A stretch of DNA of 64,000 nucleotides. It comes from an uncultured Cytophagales bacterium. GTDB lineage: Bacteria; Bacteroidota; Bacteroidia; Cytophagales; Spirosomataceae. The stretch is taken from contig CAVRMW010000008.1 of assembly GCA_963722505.1 (NCBI GenBank), positions 801,109-865,108 of the forward strand. The letters are read 5' to 3'. This document shows positions 24,856 through 36,684 of this stretch, piece by piece; position 1 is the first letter of the stretch, and the number at the start of each line of letters is the position of its first letter. Under the pieces are notes generated by a model. That model saw nothing but the letters and a program-made list of their open reading frames with translations. It made no database searches and had not been told where the DNA came from. The position numbers and the translations under genes are program-made.

Positions 24856-25854
24856 ATGCGTAAAACTTTTTTCTGTATTGATGCCCACACGTGCGGCAAT
24901 CCTGTGAGAGTGGTTGCCGGCGGCGGGCCATTGCTGCAAGGCAATAGTATGATGGAGCGCAGACTTCATTTTTTGAGAGAATTTGACTGGATCAGAAAAG
25001 GATTAATGTTTGAACCACGCGGTCATGATATGATGAGCGGAAGCATTTTATATCCGCCCGTTGATCCTGAAAATGATATTGGTGTTTTATATATTGAAAC
25101 CAGCGGTTGTCTGCCAATGTGTGGACACGGAACAATCGGAACCGTTACAATTGCCATCGAAGAAGGATTGGTAACACCAAAAGTTCCGGGAAAACTGAGA
25201 TTGGAAACACCAGCCGGACTTGTGCTTGTTGAATATGTACAGGAAGGTAAAAAGGTAAAATCCGTAAAACTGGTTAATATAAAATCATTTTTAGCAGCTG
25301 AAAAATTAACGGTTGAATGTCCGGATCTGGGAACATTAACGGTTGATGTTTCTTACGGTGGAAATTTCTACGCGATTGTTGATCCGCAGGAAAATTTCAA
25401 AGGACTGGAAAATTATACAGCCGATCAGCTGATCAGTTGGAGCCGGGTTTGCCGGAAGCGTATGAATGAGCAGTATACTTTTGTTCATCCTGAAAACGAA
25501 CATATCAACGGACTTAGCCATTTTCTATGGGCTGGTGCCGTTTTAGATCCAACGTCAACCGCAAGAAATGCTGTTTTTTACGGCGATAAAGCGATTGATA
25601 GATCACCCTGCGGAACCGGAACTTCGGCGCGTATGGCGCAATGGCATGCAAAAGGAAAATTGAAAAAAGGCGATCAATTCATTCACGAAAGTATCATCGG
25701 CTCCAAATTTATCGGAACTGTTGAGGATGAAGTAACGATCGGCGATAAACCTGCCATCATTCCCGGTATTGAAGGTTGGGCCATGGTGACAGGTTATAAC
25801 ACGATTATCATTGATGATGATGATCCATATGCTTATGGTTTCCAGGTAATCTAG
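24856..25854 (+). CDS. 4-hydroxyproline 2-epimerase (proline racemase family)
   Basis: DAHTCGNP, EPRGH, MCGH and DRSPCGTG with both catalytic Cys present. Confidence 0.93.
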   Translation: MRKTFFCIDAHTCGNPVRVVAGGGPLLQGNSMMERRLHFLREFDWIRKGLMFEPRGHDMMSGSILYPPVDPENDIGVLYIETSGCLPMCGHGTIGTVTIAIEEGLVTPKVPGKLRLETPAGLVLVEYVQEGKKVKSVKLVNIKSFLAAEKLTVECPDLGTLTVDVSYGGNFYAIVDPQENFKGLENYTADQLISWSRVCRKRMNEQYTFVHPENEHINGLSHFLWAGAVLDPTSTARNAVFYGDKAIDRSPCGTGTSARMAQWHAKGKLKKGDQFIHESIIGSKFIGTVEDEVTIGDKPAIIPGIEGWAMVTGYNTIIIDDDDPYAYGFQVI

Positions 25855-26018
25855 TAGGAAGCTTTTAGCTTTCGCTATAATCTGATTTTTTTTAATCGAT
25901 TAATTATAAAAATTGAGTAAAATAATATTATAATTAATTTAATTGATACAACATAATATTGTAAATTAAACCCGGTAGCCATAAGGCTAACAGCTTAACG
26001 CTAACGGCTAATGAAATC

Positions 26019-27284
26019 ATGGAATCAGTAGAAAAAGGAAAAGTTGTCATTATCGGAGGCGGGATTATGGGTTTGGCTTCGGCTTATTATTTGCTGAAAA
26101 GCGGATGGAAAGTAACGTTGCTGGATAAAGGTGATATGACAAATAATTGTTCTCTTGGCAATGCCGGGATGATTGTTCCCAGTCATTTTATTCCTCTGGC
26201 TGCACCGGGAATGATTTCAAAAGGTATCAAATGGATGTTCGATAGCCACAGTCCTTTTTATGTAAAACCTTCACTTGATTTTTCTCTGATTTCCTGGGGT
26301 TTGAAATTCATGAAAAGTGCTACGGCTAGTCATGTTGAACATTCAGCTCCTTTTCTTGCGTGATTATCATTTGCTAAGCAGACAATTGTACAGAGATCTT
26401 GCCAAGGAACCTGGCTTTGATTTTGGTCTGGAAACAAAAGGAATTCTGATGCTTTACAAAACGGAAAAAGCAGGTGAAGAAGAAATCCATGTAGGCCGTG
26501 ATGCGCAGAAACTGGGATTAAATGTTGATATACTAACTAAGGAACAGGTTCAGGCACTGGAACCAAATGCAAATCTGGATGTGATCGGAGCGGTTCATTA
26601 TCGTTGTGATGCACATTTATATCCAAATGCATTGATTCCGCAACTTGATTGAATTACATCAAAAAAAATGGCGGCGAAATAAGAACCGACAGTGAGGTTA
26701 CTGGTTTTAATATCAAAGGCGGCGAAATAAAATCCGTACAAACCACGGCTGGAAATTTTGAAGGAGATCTGGTTGTAATGACAGGCGGAACCTGGCTGCC
26801 ACAGCTTTCCAAATTGGCAGGATTGACAATTCCGGTCATGCCGGGAAAAGGTTATTCTTTTATGGAATCCAATTCGGAGCATGAAATTATTCATCCTTCG
26901 TTGTTGATCGAAGCAAGAGTTGCCGTGACGCCTATGAACGGGAAAGTTCGTTTTGGCGGAACGATGGAAATTGCGCCTGTGAATGATAAAGTAAATATGA
27001 ATCGTGTTGAAGGAATCGTAAATTCAATTCCAAATTATTATTCTGATCTGAAAACAGAATTGCCGGAAGTAAAAGATATCTGGTATGGTTTCCGCCCTTG
27101 TTCTCCGGATGGATTACCTTATCTTGGTTATAGTAAAAAATTGAAAAACCTGATCGTTGCCGGCGGACATGGTATGATGGGAATCAGTCTCGGCCCTGCA
27201 ACCGGAAAAGTGGTAGCAGAGCTGGCCGACAGAAAACCCACTTCCATCAAGATTTCGGTTTACGATCCACAGCGATATAATTAG
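26019..27284 (+). CDS. FAD-dependent D-amino acid (D-hydroxyproline) dehydrogenase, frameshifted
   Basis: IIGGGIMG, S.GNAG, PGKGYS, GFRPCSPDGLP, GHGMMG.SLGP.TG; ORFs 26019-26363, 26317-26652, 26649-27284. Confidence 0.88.
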
Positions 27285-27304
27285 CAGCTGATTTTTAGTA
27301 TTTC

Positions 27305-27341
27305 AAAGGCGGGTATTTTCTCAAAAAATGCCCGCCTTTTT
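27305..27341 (+). terminator. Intrinsic terminator ending the hyp operon
   Basis: aaaggcgggtatttt...aaaatgcccgccttttt. Confidence 0.75.
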
Positions 27342-27408
27342 AGTTTTAATTCATTGACGAAGATTTAACTTTTTTAAGAATTGTATTCCTAACTATTAAA
27401 TTGTTACA

Positions 27409-29223
27409 ATGAAATATCTCGACGTTCAAAGATTCACTTCCTGCAATTTTCTTCTTTTTAGTTTTATTTTTTGTTTTGGAAAAACTGGAAATGTAACTGC
27501 CCAAACCTCTGACAAATTCAATCTTTACAGTCAAACCAGCGAAACAGCCGGACTTGTCATTCAATATGAACAGGATCTGATTGCAATCCGGGATTTTTAT
27601 TCTCCCGTTGTTCAGGGACGCGGAGGTTACGCCAGTTATAGTCGCAATCAGCCTTTGAATTCACCGGAACAGCGAAAAAGATGTATTGAAATTGACAACA
27701 ATTATCTGGATCAGCTAAGCTAAGCTGGACTTTAATGCCATGAGTATTTATGGTAAAGTGGATTATATTTTGCTGAAAAGAAATATTGATGATCATTTGC
27801 TGAGATCTGGCTAATGAAGAAAAACAATATGGCCAGATCGTAAAATATATTCCGTTTGCGGATAAATTATATGCAGCTTGAAAAAAGCAGACGAAGAGGC
27901 GCAACAGTAAACGGTCAGGAAGTTGCCGGCATGTTGAATTCAGTTAATAAAGAAATAAAAACAGCTTCGGAAACATCTTAAAAAAGTGGAATCTCTGGAT
28001 ATGCCTCTGGCTACTTTGGCGAGCAGGCGGTGAAAGGAATTCAGGCAAGGTTGAAAGGTGTGAATGATTTTTACCAGGGTTATGATCCCTTGTATTCCTG
28101 GTGGGTTCCTGAACCTTATGAAACCTTGGACAGTGCCTTAATGGCTTATGCCAAATTGATTAAAAGCAAAGGCAAACTAACTACAACCCAAAAAGATGAC
28201 GGAAGCGGAATCAACGGCGTTCCGATTGGAAGAGAAGAATTGATCAGACAGCTTCAGGTTGAAATGATCAGTTACACACCGGAAGAATTAATTGAAATGG
28301 CCAACAAAGAATTTGCCTGGTGCGATAAGGAATTATTGAAAGCTTCCCAGGAAATGGGCTTTAGGAACGATTGGAAAAAGGCGCAGGAAAAAGTTAAAAA
28401 CAGCTATGTACCTGCCGGAACCCAGCCCGAATTGATTCTGAAACTTTATAACGATGCCCAAAGATTTATCACAAGAATAGACCTGATGGATTATTCCGCC
28501 AATTGCCGACGAAACCTGGGGAATGCACATGATGACGCCGGAACGACAATTGGTTAATCCGTTTTTTATGGGCGGAAGAGAAATCATCATTTCGTATCCG
28601 ACCAACACCATGTCGCATGAGGATAAGCTGATGAGTATGCGTGGCAATAATCCTTATTTTTCCAGAGGCAACGGTGCATCATGAACTTGTTCCGGGGCAT
28701 CATTTGCAGTATTATATGAGCAGCCGTTACAAAGCTTACCGCAATGATTTCAGGACTCCGTTTTGGACGGAAGGCTGGGCACTTTACTGGGAATTGTTGC
28801 TGTATGACAAAGGTTTTGCCAAAACGCCGGAAGAAAGAATCGGTATGTTGTTCTGGCGGATGCATCGTTGCGCACGGATTATTTTTTCGCTCAATTATCA
28901 TTTGGGAAAATGGACACCGCAGCAATGTATCGATTTTCTGGTGGATCGGGTAGGGCATGAGACGTGCAAATGCCGAAGGTGAGGTAAGAAGATCTTTTGA
29001 AGGCGGTTACAGTCCTCTTTATCAGGTTGCTTATCTTATCGGCGGCTTGCAGATTTTGAGCTTGAAAAATGAATTGGTCGATAGTGGCAAGATGACTTAT
29101 AAAAAATTCCATGATGCGATGATGAAGGAAAACAATATGCCGATTGAGATGCTAAGGGCAACTTTGATCAATCAGCCGCTTAAGTCGGATTTTAAAACGA
29201 AATGGAAATTTTATAGTTTCTAA
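27409..29223 (+). CDS. DUF885 family secreted putative metallopeptidase, frameshifted
   Basis: HHELVPGHHLQ, EGWALYWE, R..RII, EVRRS, YQ.AY..G, FHD motifs across several frames. Confidence 0.82.
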
Positions 29224-29277
29224 ATAAAATTGTAGCTTCAGGAAACAAAACCTAGCCTGAGTAAATCCAAACCTTTT

Positions 29278-30707
29278 ATGTCACAAGAAAGTACGTCACC
29301 GGAAACTACTTCATTTAAACCTACCTTGGCCTCGTAGATGCCACCATGCTCGTTGCCGGAAGTATGATCGGTTCGGGGATTTTTATTGTAAGCGCCGATA
29401 TTACCAGAAATACCGGAAGCGTTGGCTGGCTGATGTTTGTTTGGCTGATCACCGGTTTCATGACGCTCACCGCTGCATTAAGTTACGGCGAATTAAGCGC
29501 CATGTTTCCAAAAGCGGGCGGACAATATGTTTATCTGAAAGAAGCCTACAATCCGTTGATCAGCTTTTTGTATGGATGGAGTTTTTTTACGGTAATTCAA
29601 ACAGCCACCATTGCTGCGGTAGCCGTGGCTTTTGCCAAATTTACGGCTTATCTCTTACCCATATTCAGTGAAGATCTGGTCGCGATTGATCTTGGGTTTT
29701 CTCCAAATAACACCCGCCCAGTTACTTTCAATTGTCGTCATTGTGCTGCTTACGTTTATTAATACACGTGGTGTAAATAGCGGTAAAATTATCCAGACCA
29801 CCTTCACTTTGGCAAAACTTTTAAGTCTTTTGGGACTGATCGTTTTTGGTTTGCTTTTCATGAAACCGGAGATCTGGAATACCAACTGGGATTCGGCTAC
29901 GATGTGGGATTTGCATAAACTGAATCTTGACGGAAGTATTGAATCTTATACAACAATTGCTGCTTTTGGAGCGATTGCTGCTTCCATGGTGGGATCAATT
30001 TTTAGTAGCGATTCCTGGAATAATGTAACATTCATTGCGGGTGAAATTAAAAATCCACAGCGTAATATTGGATTAAGTCTTGCACTGGGAACGATCATCG
30101 TGACTGTTATTTATGTGATGACAAATGTAATGTACACGGGCGTTTTGTCCTTCCGGAAATTGCATCAGCAGATAAAGACCGCGTTGCCGTTGCTGCTTCT
30201 CATGTTATTTTCGGAAATTCAGGAACGATCATTATTGCGGTCATGATCATGGTTTCCACTTTTGGATGTAATAATGGTTTGATCATGTCTGGAGCGCGTG
30301 TTTATTATTCGATGGCAAAAGACGGTTTGTTTTTCAAAAAAGTAGGAGAGCTGAACAAGAATTCTGTTCCGGAATTTGGCTTATGGATTCAATGTGTGAT
30401 TGCTTGTCTATGGAGTTTGAGCGGGAAATATGGTAATCTTCTGGATATGATTTCCTTTGTGGTTGTTGTGTTTTACATGCTGACTATCATCGGAATTTTC
30501 ATACTTCGTAAAAAGAGGCCAAATGCAGACAGACCTTACAAAGCATTTGGTTATCCGTTTTTGCCAATTATTTACATCGTGATGGGCGTGGCATTTTGTG
30601 TGCTGCTTATCATTTACAAACCGGAATATACCTGGCCGGGATTGATCATTGTGTTGCTCGGAATTCCGGTTTATTACCTGATCGCCAAAAAAGAAATTGT
30701 TGCCTAA
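29278..30707 (+). CDS. APC family amino acid permease, frameshifted
   Basis: GSMIGSGIF, YGELSAMFPKAGGQYVYL, DSWNNVTF..GE, ARVYY.MA.DGLF, RPYKAFGYP. Confidence 0.9.
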
Positions 30708-30738
30708 ATCTTAACTATAAAAAACAACAAACGAACTC

Positions 30739-32294
30739 ATGAAAAGAATTTTTTATCCCATGTTGATGCTTTTTCCGGGTGTGCTATTTGCTCAGGAAAT
30801 TGATATGGATGCCATGGCCAAAATCCGCAAGGAGGGTATGGATAATTCAAAAGTTAAAGAAATTGCCCATCAATTAACAGATGTTTCAGGTCCAAGACTT
30901 ACCAATTCTCCGGGTTTTCAACGCGCCGCAGAATGGTCTGTTGGTGAAATGAAAAAATGGGGTTTGACACAATTCGCGTATCGAAGAATGGGGTGAATTT
31001 GGAAAAGGCTGGCAGGTTGAAAAAAGCTATCTGGCCATGACCAAACCTTATTATATGCCTTTTATTGGTATTCCAAAAGCCTGGACTTCCGGCACTGGCG
31101 GTCCGATCAAAGGTGAAGTTGTGGTTGTAAATATTCAGAATGAAGAAGATCTTCAAAAATATGCAGACGGAAAGTTGAACGGCAAAATTGTGTTGATGAA
31201 AAGCACCGTTGATACCGATCCAACTTTCAAACCGGATGCTGTTCGTTATACGACCGAAGATCTTGATAAAATGACAAATTCCCAACCTTTCGGTCAGGGG
31301 AACTTTACACCGGAACAAGCGGAGAAAATGCGGACCATGCGGTCATTCCGTAGTAAGGTGGACAGCACGTTGAAAACACAGAAAATTAAACTGGAACTAG
31401 CTGCCAGAATGGGAAAACATGGTACCTTCTACACAAGTAATGGTGCCTCTTTTTCAGGAAAATCTCCATTGGCAGGACCATCCTTCGAAATGTCTCCGGA
31501 ACATGCCGGATTAATAACCCGTTTGGTTGAAGATGGAATTCCTGTGACACTGGAAGCTGAATCGGCTACAACTTTTTATGATAAAAAACTGACAACAGGA
31601 AATGTAATTGCTGAAATTGCCGGAACCGATCCAAAGTTAAAAGATGAAGTCGTTATGCTTGGCGGTCACCTTGATTCATGGCACAGCGGAACCGGCGCGA
31701 CAGATAATGCAGCCGGTTGTACGGTGATGATGGAAGCGATGCGGATATTGAAAGCATCAGGTTTAAAACCAAAAAGAACGATCAGAATTGCGCTTTGGTC
31801 TGGTGAAGAACAAGGATTACACGGTTCAAGAAATTACGTAAAAAATACGTTTGGTGATCCGCAGACGATGAAACTGACTGCCGGCACATGAAAAATTATC
31901 AGCCTATTATAACATTGATAATGGTACGGGACGTATCCGTGGAATTTATTTGCAAGGAAACGAAGGCCCACGCGCAACTTTTGAAAAATGGCTGAATTCA
32001 TTCTCTGACATAATTGATCATCCAACCGTAACATCGAGAAATACAGGAGGAACCGATCACCAAAGTTTTGACGCCGTAGGACTTCCGGGTTTCCAGTTTA
32101 TTCAGGATGGTATCGAATATGGAACGCGTACGCACCATTCCAACGCAGATACTTACGAGCGTCTGGTTATGGATGATTTGAAACAAATGGCTGTTGTCGT
32201 TGCTGCATTTGTGTACAATACGGCACAAATGGATCAGAAAATTCCAAGAAAAGAATTGCCAAAAGCAAGAGGAGAACAGGGAGCGAGAAGATAG
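30739..32294 (+). CDS. M28 family peptidase (carboxypeptidase Q-like), frameshifted
   Basis: [41 protein letters not shown]...DT. Confidence 0.9.
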
Positions 32295-32301
32295 TTTTTT
32301 C

Positions 32302-35300
32302 TTATTGATATGTTAAATAATTGGCTAAAATACCTGAGGGTGTTTTAGCCTTTTTGTCTAATATAGCGGTGTTGGCGAAAACAATAAAACTCTCTTTGGC
32401 CCGTGAAACAGCGACATTCAACATATTAGGTTTATTATCCCGATCGAAAAACATGGTTCCGGAATCTCCTTTTCCATATACCATCGAAAATAAAACCAGT
32501 GATCTCTCTGCGCCTTGCAATGCATGAACCGTTCCGATTTTGAAAATGCTCGTATCGAATCCGGCTTTTTTTAATGAAGATTTTAAACTGTTTTTCTGTC
32601 CCGCAAAAGGAGTAATGATACCAACGGCATTTTCAATTTTTCCATAATGTGCTTCTATATCCTGTTTGTTTAAAATCAGCCAGCTCACGATCGCCTCAAC
32701 TTCATAAGGATTTGTTCTGCTAGAATTCACAACGGTCGAATTTCCATCCACGTGGATGCAATACATAGGCGGGAAAAGATTTGTTTTCTTAGCTTTTCCT
32801 TTCAATGGTTTCAGTTGTCCATTATAGGCTAAAACATTACAATAGTTGATAATTTCGTCGTAACAACGTCGGTGTTCAACCAGAATTACACCTTTTTCAT
32901 CCAGATCTTTCTCTTTGTATTTACAAGCATTTTGAGCCATTTTCATGATACTTCCGGTAGAAGCTAAAAATCCCTTTGGATCAAAAGACGTCTTCAAAAA
33001 TCGGATCAGAATAGTCTTTAATTAGGCCAACTTTTTTCAAATTCCCGACGTCAATTTTATTTGTAATATTCCAAACCGGCTCAATTTGTTTCACATCTCC
33101 GACAATCACAGCTTGTTTGGCAAGTGAAAAAGTTGCTGCGCCAACTTCCGGCGAAACCTGACCGGCTTCATCAACAATCAATAGATCGATAAAATCAAAA
33201 AGAGGCGGATTGTCAAAAATGTTTTTCCCATCTTCACTTTTCTTCAAAAACTTGAAAGAACTGAAAAACTTGGGTGACATATAAAACGTGCTTACAAAAC
33301 AAGGCGTCAGCATAGCCTGTCGCGTCCAGCGGTTTTTTACTGCTTCAACACCCTTTTTATCGAAATTCGAATCTTTCAAATCTGCATCAATTTTTGACAG
33401 CCAACGTGCTTCCCAATAATGCAAACTCAATTGAAATGCCTTATGCCTAAGTGTTACATCCAGTTCGTCATAGAAACAATTTGGTTTTGATTTTTCCTTG
33501 TTATTTTCCTTAAAACCATCGATTTTAAGGTATTCAAGAGCCCAATATTCCTCTTCTGTTTTAGGAGGATTGCCATGAATTTCATTTTTCTTTTTCCAGC
33601 TCTTCCATTCTGTAACGGTTTTGCTTATCGATTTCGCAATATTGATTTTGTTGTTAATGATATCGAGTATTTCACTTTTTACGAATTGAAAACCATCCGT
33701 TTCAGTGATGAGCGAATCTCTCAAAAGAATACGGATTTCAGCTGCTCTGTTTTTCAAGGCAGTTTTTATGCCTAAGGAACAAAACAGTTTTCGGAAAAAG
33801 GATTCATTTTGGAAATATTGAATGATTCGTTCTTCTAAAACCAGCAAACTAGATAGGTCTTTGTTTAAAACTTTTTCATCAATAATCTCATCGGAATAAT
33901 ATGTTGTTTTTGCCAAAAACGGATCGCCAACATAAGCCGCCAAAATATTTTCTGCATTTAAATATTCTTTCCATTTTAAAGAAGCATCTTTTAACAAAAG
34001 TTGAATATCAATTATTTCATTTCGAAATCTTTTCGCAATTTCTTCTATACTTAAATGTGAAGAATTGAAATAAGCAGGTACTTTTTTGAAGAAAATATTC
34101 TGTTGCTATTTTCTACGTATTCCTTATTCTCGACTTTGCTGAAAAGTCCGTTTCCACTCTGTTTTTTATAATTTATTCCTTTTAGTTCGGCCTCTGTTTT
34201 TCCATTTGAAGGTAAATAGGTTGCATAACCATCCAGGTCAGGTAGCCATCTTCCTTCCAGATTTCCTGGTTTGGTACTTGATTTTGAAAAGCTGTCAATG
34301 ATGTTGGTGACAGCCTGGTTATTGGTTGAACAAGCTAATATTACAGGTGGATTTTCACCAGCAATCGCACTTTCAACAATTTTATTGGCGACAATACTTT
34401 GGAGCAAAGTAGTCGTTTTGCCGGTTCCAGGAGGTCCATTAACAGCAAATACCTTATCATTTCCGTGCAAAAATGTATACAAACCTTTTCTCTGGGAGAT
34501 TGATAGAGGGAAATCAAATCCCATTTGACCTACATGCAGAAATGTTTGCGTCTATCAGTTTAGAAATTGGAAGCGGCAAATTCCGTGTATTATTTTCCAG
34601 ATTAATAAATTCGGAAAGCAGCGGCGGAATTATAGTTTCCGCTCCAATTTTTTCATAAAGCTGAATTATTCCTGCTGCGGCATTAATGTCTTCATCCGGC
34701 AACAAAATTATTCCGTTATAAACTGTTTCATATCCGTCGGCGGCAAAAGTGCTTATAGTTTGTTCAACAGCCTCCTTGAAAACAGCATTTTATATAGATG
34801 ATATAGTCTTGGAAAAATTTATATTTCTCTTTTCTGAATGGCGTTGCCTTATCCACCTTTTCAACGCTACTGAAAATAAATTCAGTCCTTTCGTCAGCAA
34901 GTGGTTCAAGATATTTTCTTTGAAAGACAGGAAATAATTCTTCGGGGATCGACAGAATTCCCTGTCTGTTTATCTTCGCATAATACCAAAACGGAAACTT
35001 GGTTTTTTTGTCTTTGAGAAAAGTTAAATGCTCGGGTAAGGGGACAATTTTTATTGGTGCTATTAGTATCTGAACGGTTTCCAGTTTTTCCCAACTTTTG
35101 CTGTTTTTGTCTGTTATCCCTTTTTTTCTATTAATTCGCTCTTCTTCAAAATCAATAATTTTATTCACTTCCGCGGTTGATTCAACGGTCTGAGAAGCTA
35201 TATCGAAATTCTCTATTTCAAAATGTTTCAGTTTTTCAATGTTAATTTCTGCTTTTAAAGAATCGCTCAAACTCTTTTTCCAATAATTAATCCACTTTTT

Positions 35301-35309
35301 TTGCTCCAT
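32302..35309 (-). CDS. Superfamily 1 (Upf1/DNA2-like, AAA_11/AAA_12) helicase, ~1000 aa, frameshifted
   Basis: GPPGTGKTT, STNNQAV.N, LIVDEAGQ, VGD.KQ, EHRRC, TVHALQGAE, NVAVSRAK across ORFs 34764-35309, 34514-34705, 34051-34524, 32981-33997, 32302-32997. Confidence 0.88.
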
Positions 35310-35376
35310 TTTTTCAATTGCTAATGTGTGGGAATTGCCTTAAAAGCTGCAAATCCAGATTAAATAATATTAAATT

Positions 35377-36549
35377 TTATTTCAAAATTGCCTGAATCCC
35401 TAGTCCAATCATCACCAGAACCACAATCCAGCCAACGATTTGTAAGAAATACGGATGTTTATATAAATCCCATAATTTTGGATTTGGTACTGGCAACCAA
35501 CAAAATTCCCAACGCAATTGGTAAAACGAAACCATTAAGCGTTCCAACAAAAATTAATACTTTCACCGGTTTGCCAACAAACAGAAAAACGGTTGTTGAA
35601 ATCAGAATGAAAATAATGGTTAAATAAGTATGATATTTTTCCAAGTAACGGATGAAAAGATCGCAGGAAAGATATTGAAGTATAAGCTGCTCCAACGACC
35701 GAAGTTATTGCCGCAGACCAGATCATCAATCCAAACATTTGTTTTCCAAATTGTCCGGCTGCATTTTCAAAAACAGATGCAGTAGGATTATCAGGATTGA
35801 TTTGCGCTCCGGTCAAAATAATACCTAAGGTCGCCAGAAACAGGAAATATCGAATTACAGCAGTTACCAAAATTCCCGTAGCCGCTCCACGGTTCACTTG
35901 TGGTAATGATTCTTCGCCTTTAATTCCGGAATCCAAAAGTCGGTGTGCTCCGGCAAAAGAAATGTATCCGCCAACCGTTCCACCAACCAAAGTCAGCGTA
36001 GAAATTGCATTAAATTTTTCTGGTAAAAAGGTATGATGAATAGCTTCTAAAAATGGAGGATGTGAGGTAAAAGCAACATACAGAATAAGGCCGATCATAA
36101 TCAAACCCAAGAATTTTGGAAAAGGTATCCATCGCTTTTCCAGCTTCCTTAAATAGAAAAATTCCTATCGCCATAGCTGCACTTACAATAGCGCCAGTTG
36201 CTACCGGAACACCTGTCATCGCTTCAATTCCTAATCCTGCACCAGCGACATTTCCAATATTAAAAGCAAGTCCGCCAATGACGATCAGAAATGCTAATAG
36301 ATAGCCAAGTCCCGGAAAAAGTTCGTTAGCAAGATCCTGTGCATGTTTTCCTGAAACAGTCACAATCTGCCAGATATTGAACTGAACACAAAGATCAATA
36401 ACGACGGAAATCAAAATAATAAAACCAAAACTGGTGGCTAGCTGCTCCGTGAAAACGGTTGTTTGGGTAAGGAAACCTGGCCCAACAGCAGAGGTTGCCA
36501 TTAAAAAAGCAGCACCTAAAAGTGCCTTGGAGGATTTATTCGAGGCCAT
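35377..36549 (-). CDS. NRAMP-like YcsG family transporter (5-oxoproline-associated), frameshifted
   Basis: LLGAAFLMATSAVGPGFLTQT, GGLAFNIGN, GGTVGGYISFAGAHRL, HP..L near the C-terminus. Confidence 0.88.
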
Positions 36550-36582
36550 CTATTTTTATGTTACAAGGAGTGAAATGGTAGG

Positions 36583-36684
36583 TTACACAGGGAACCACAG
36601 AGTTAAAAGGGAGATACACAGAGTTTTTATTAATGTTAGAAAATCTCTGTGCTCCTCTTTTTATCTCCGTGTAACTCTGTGTAA
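36583..36684. repeat. ~100-bp imperfect palindromic element built from CACAGAG/CTCTGTG units
   Basis: ttacacagggaaccacagag...tacacagag ... ctctgtg...ctccgtgtaactctgtgtaa. Confidence 0.75.
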
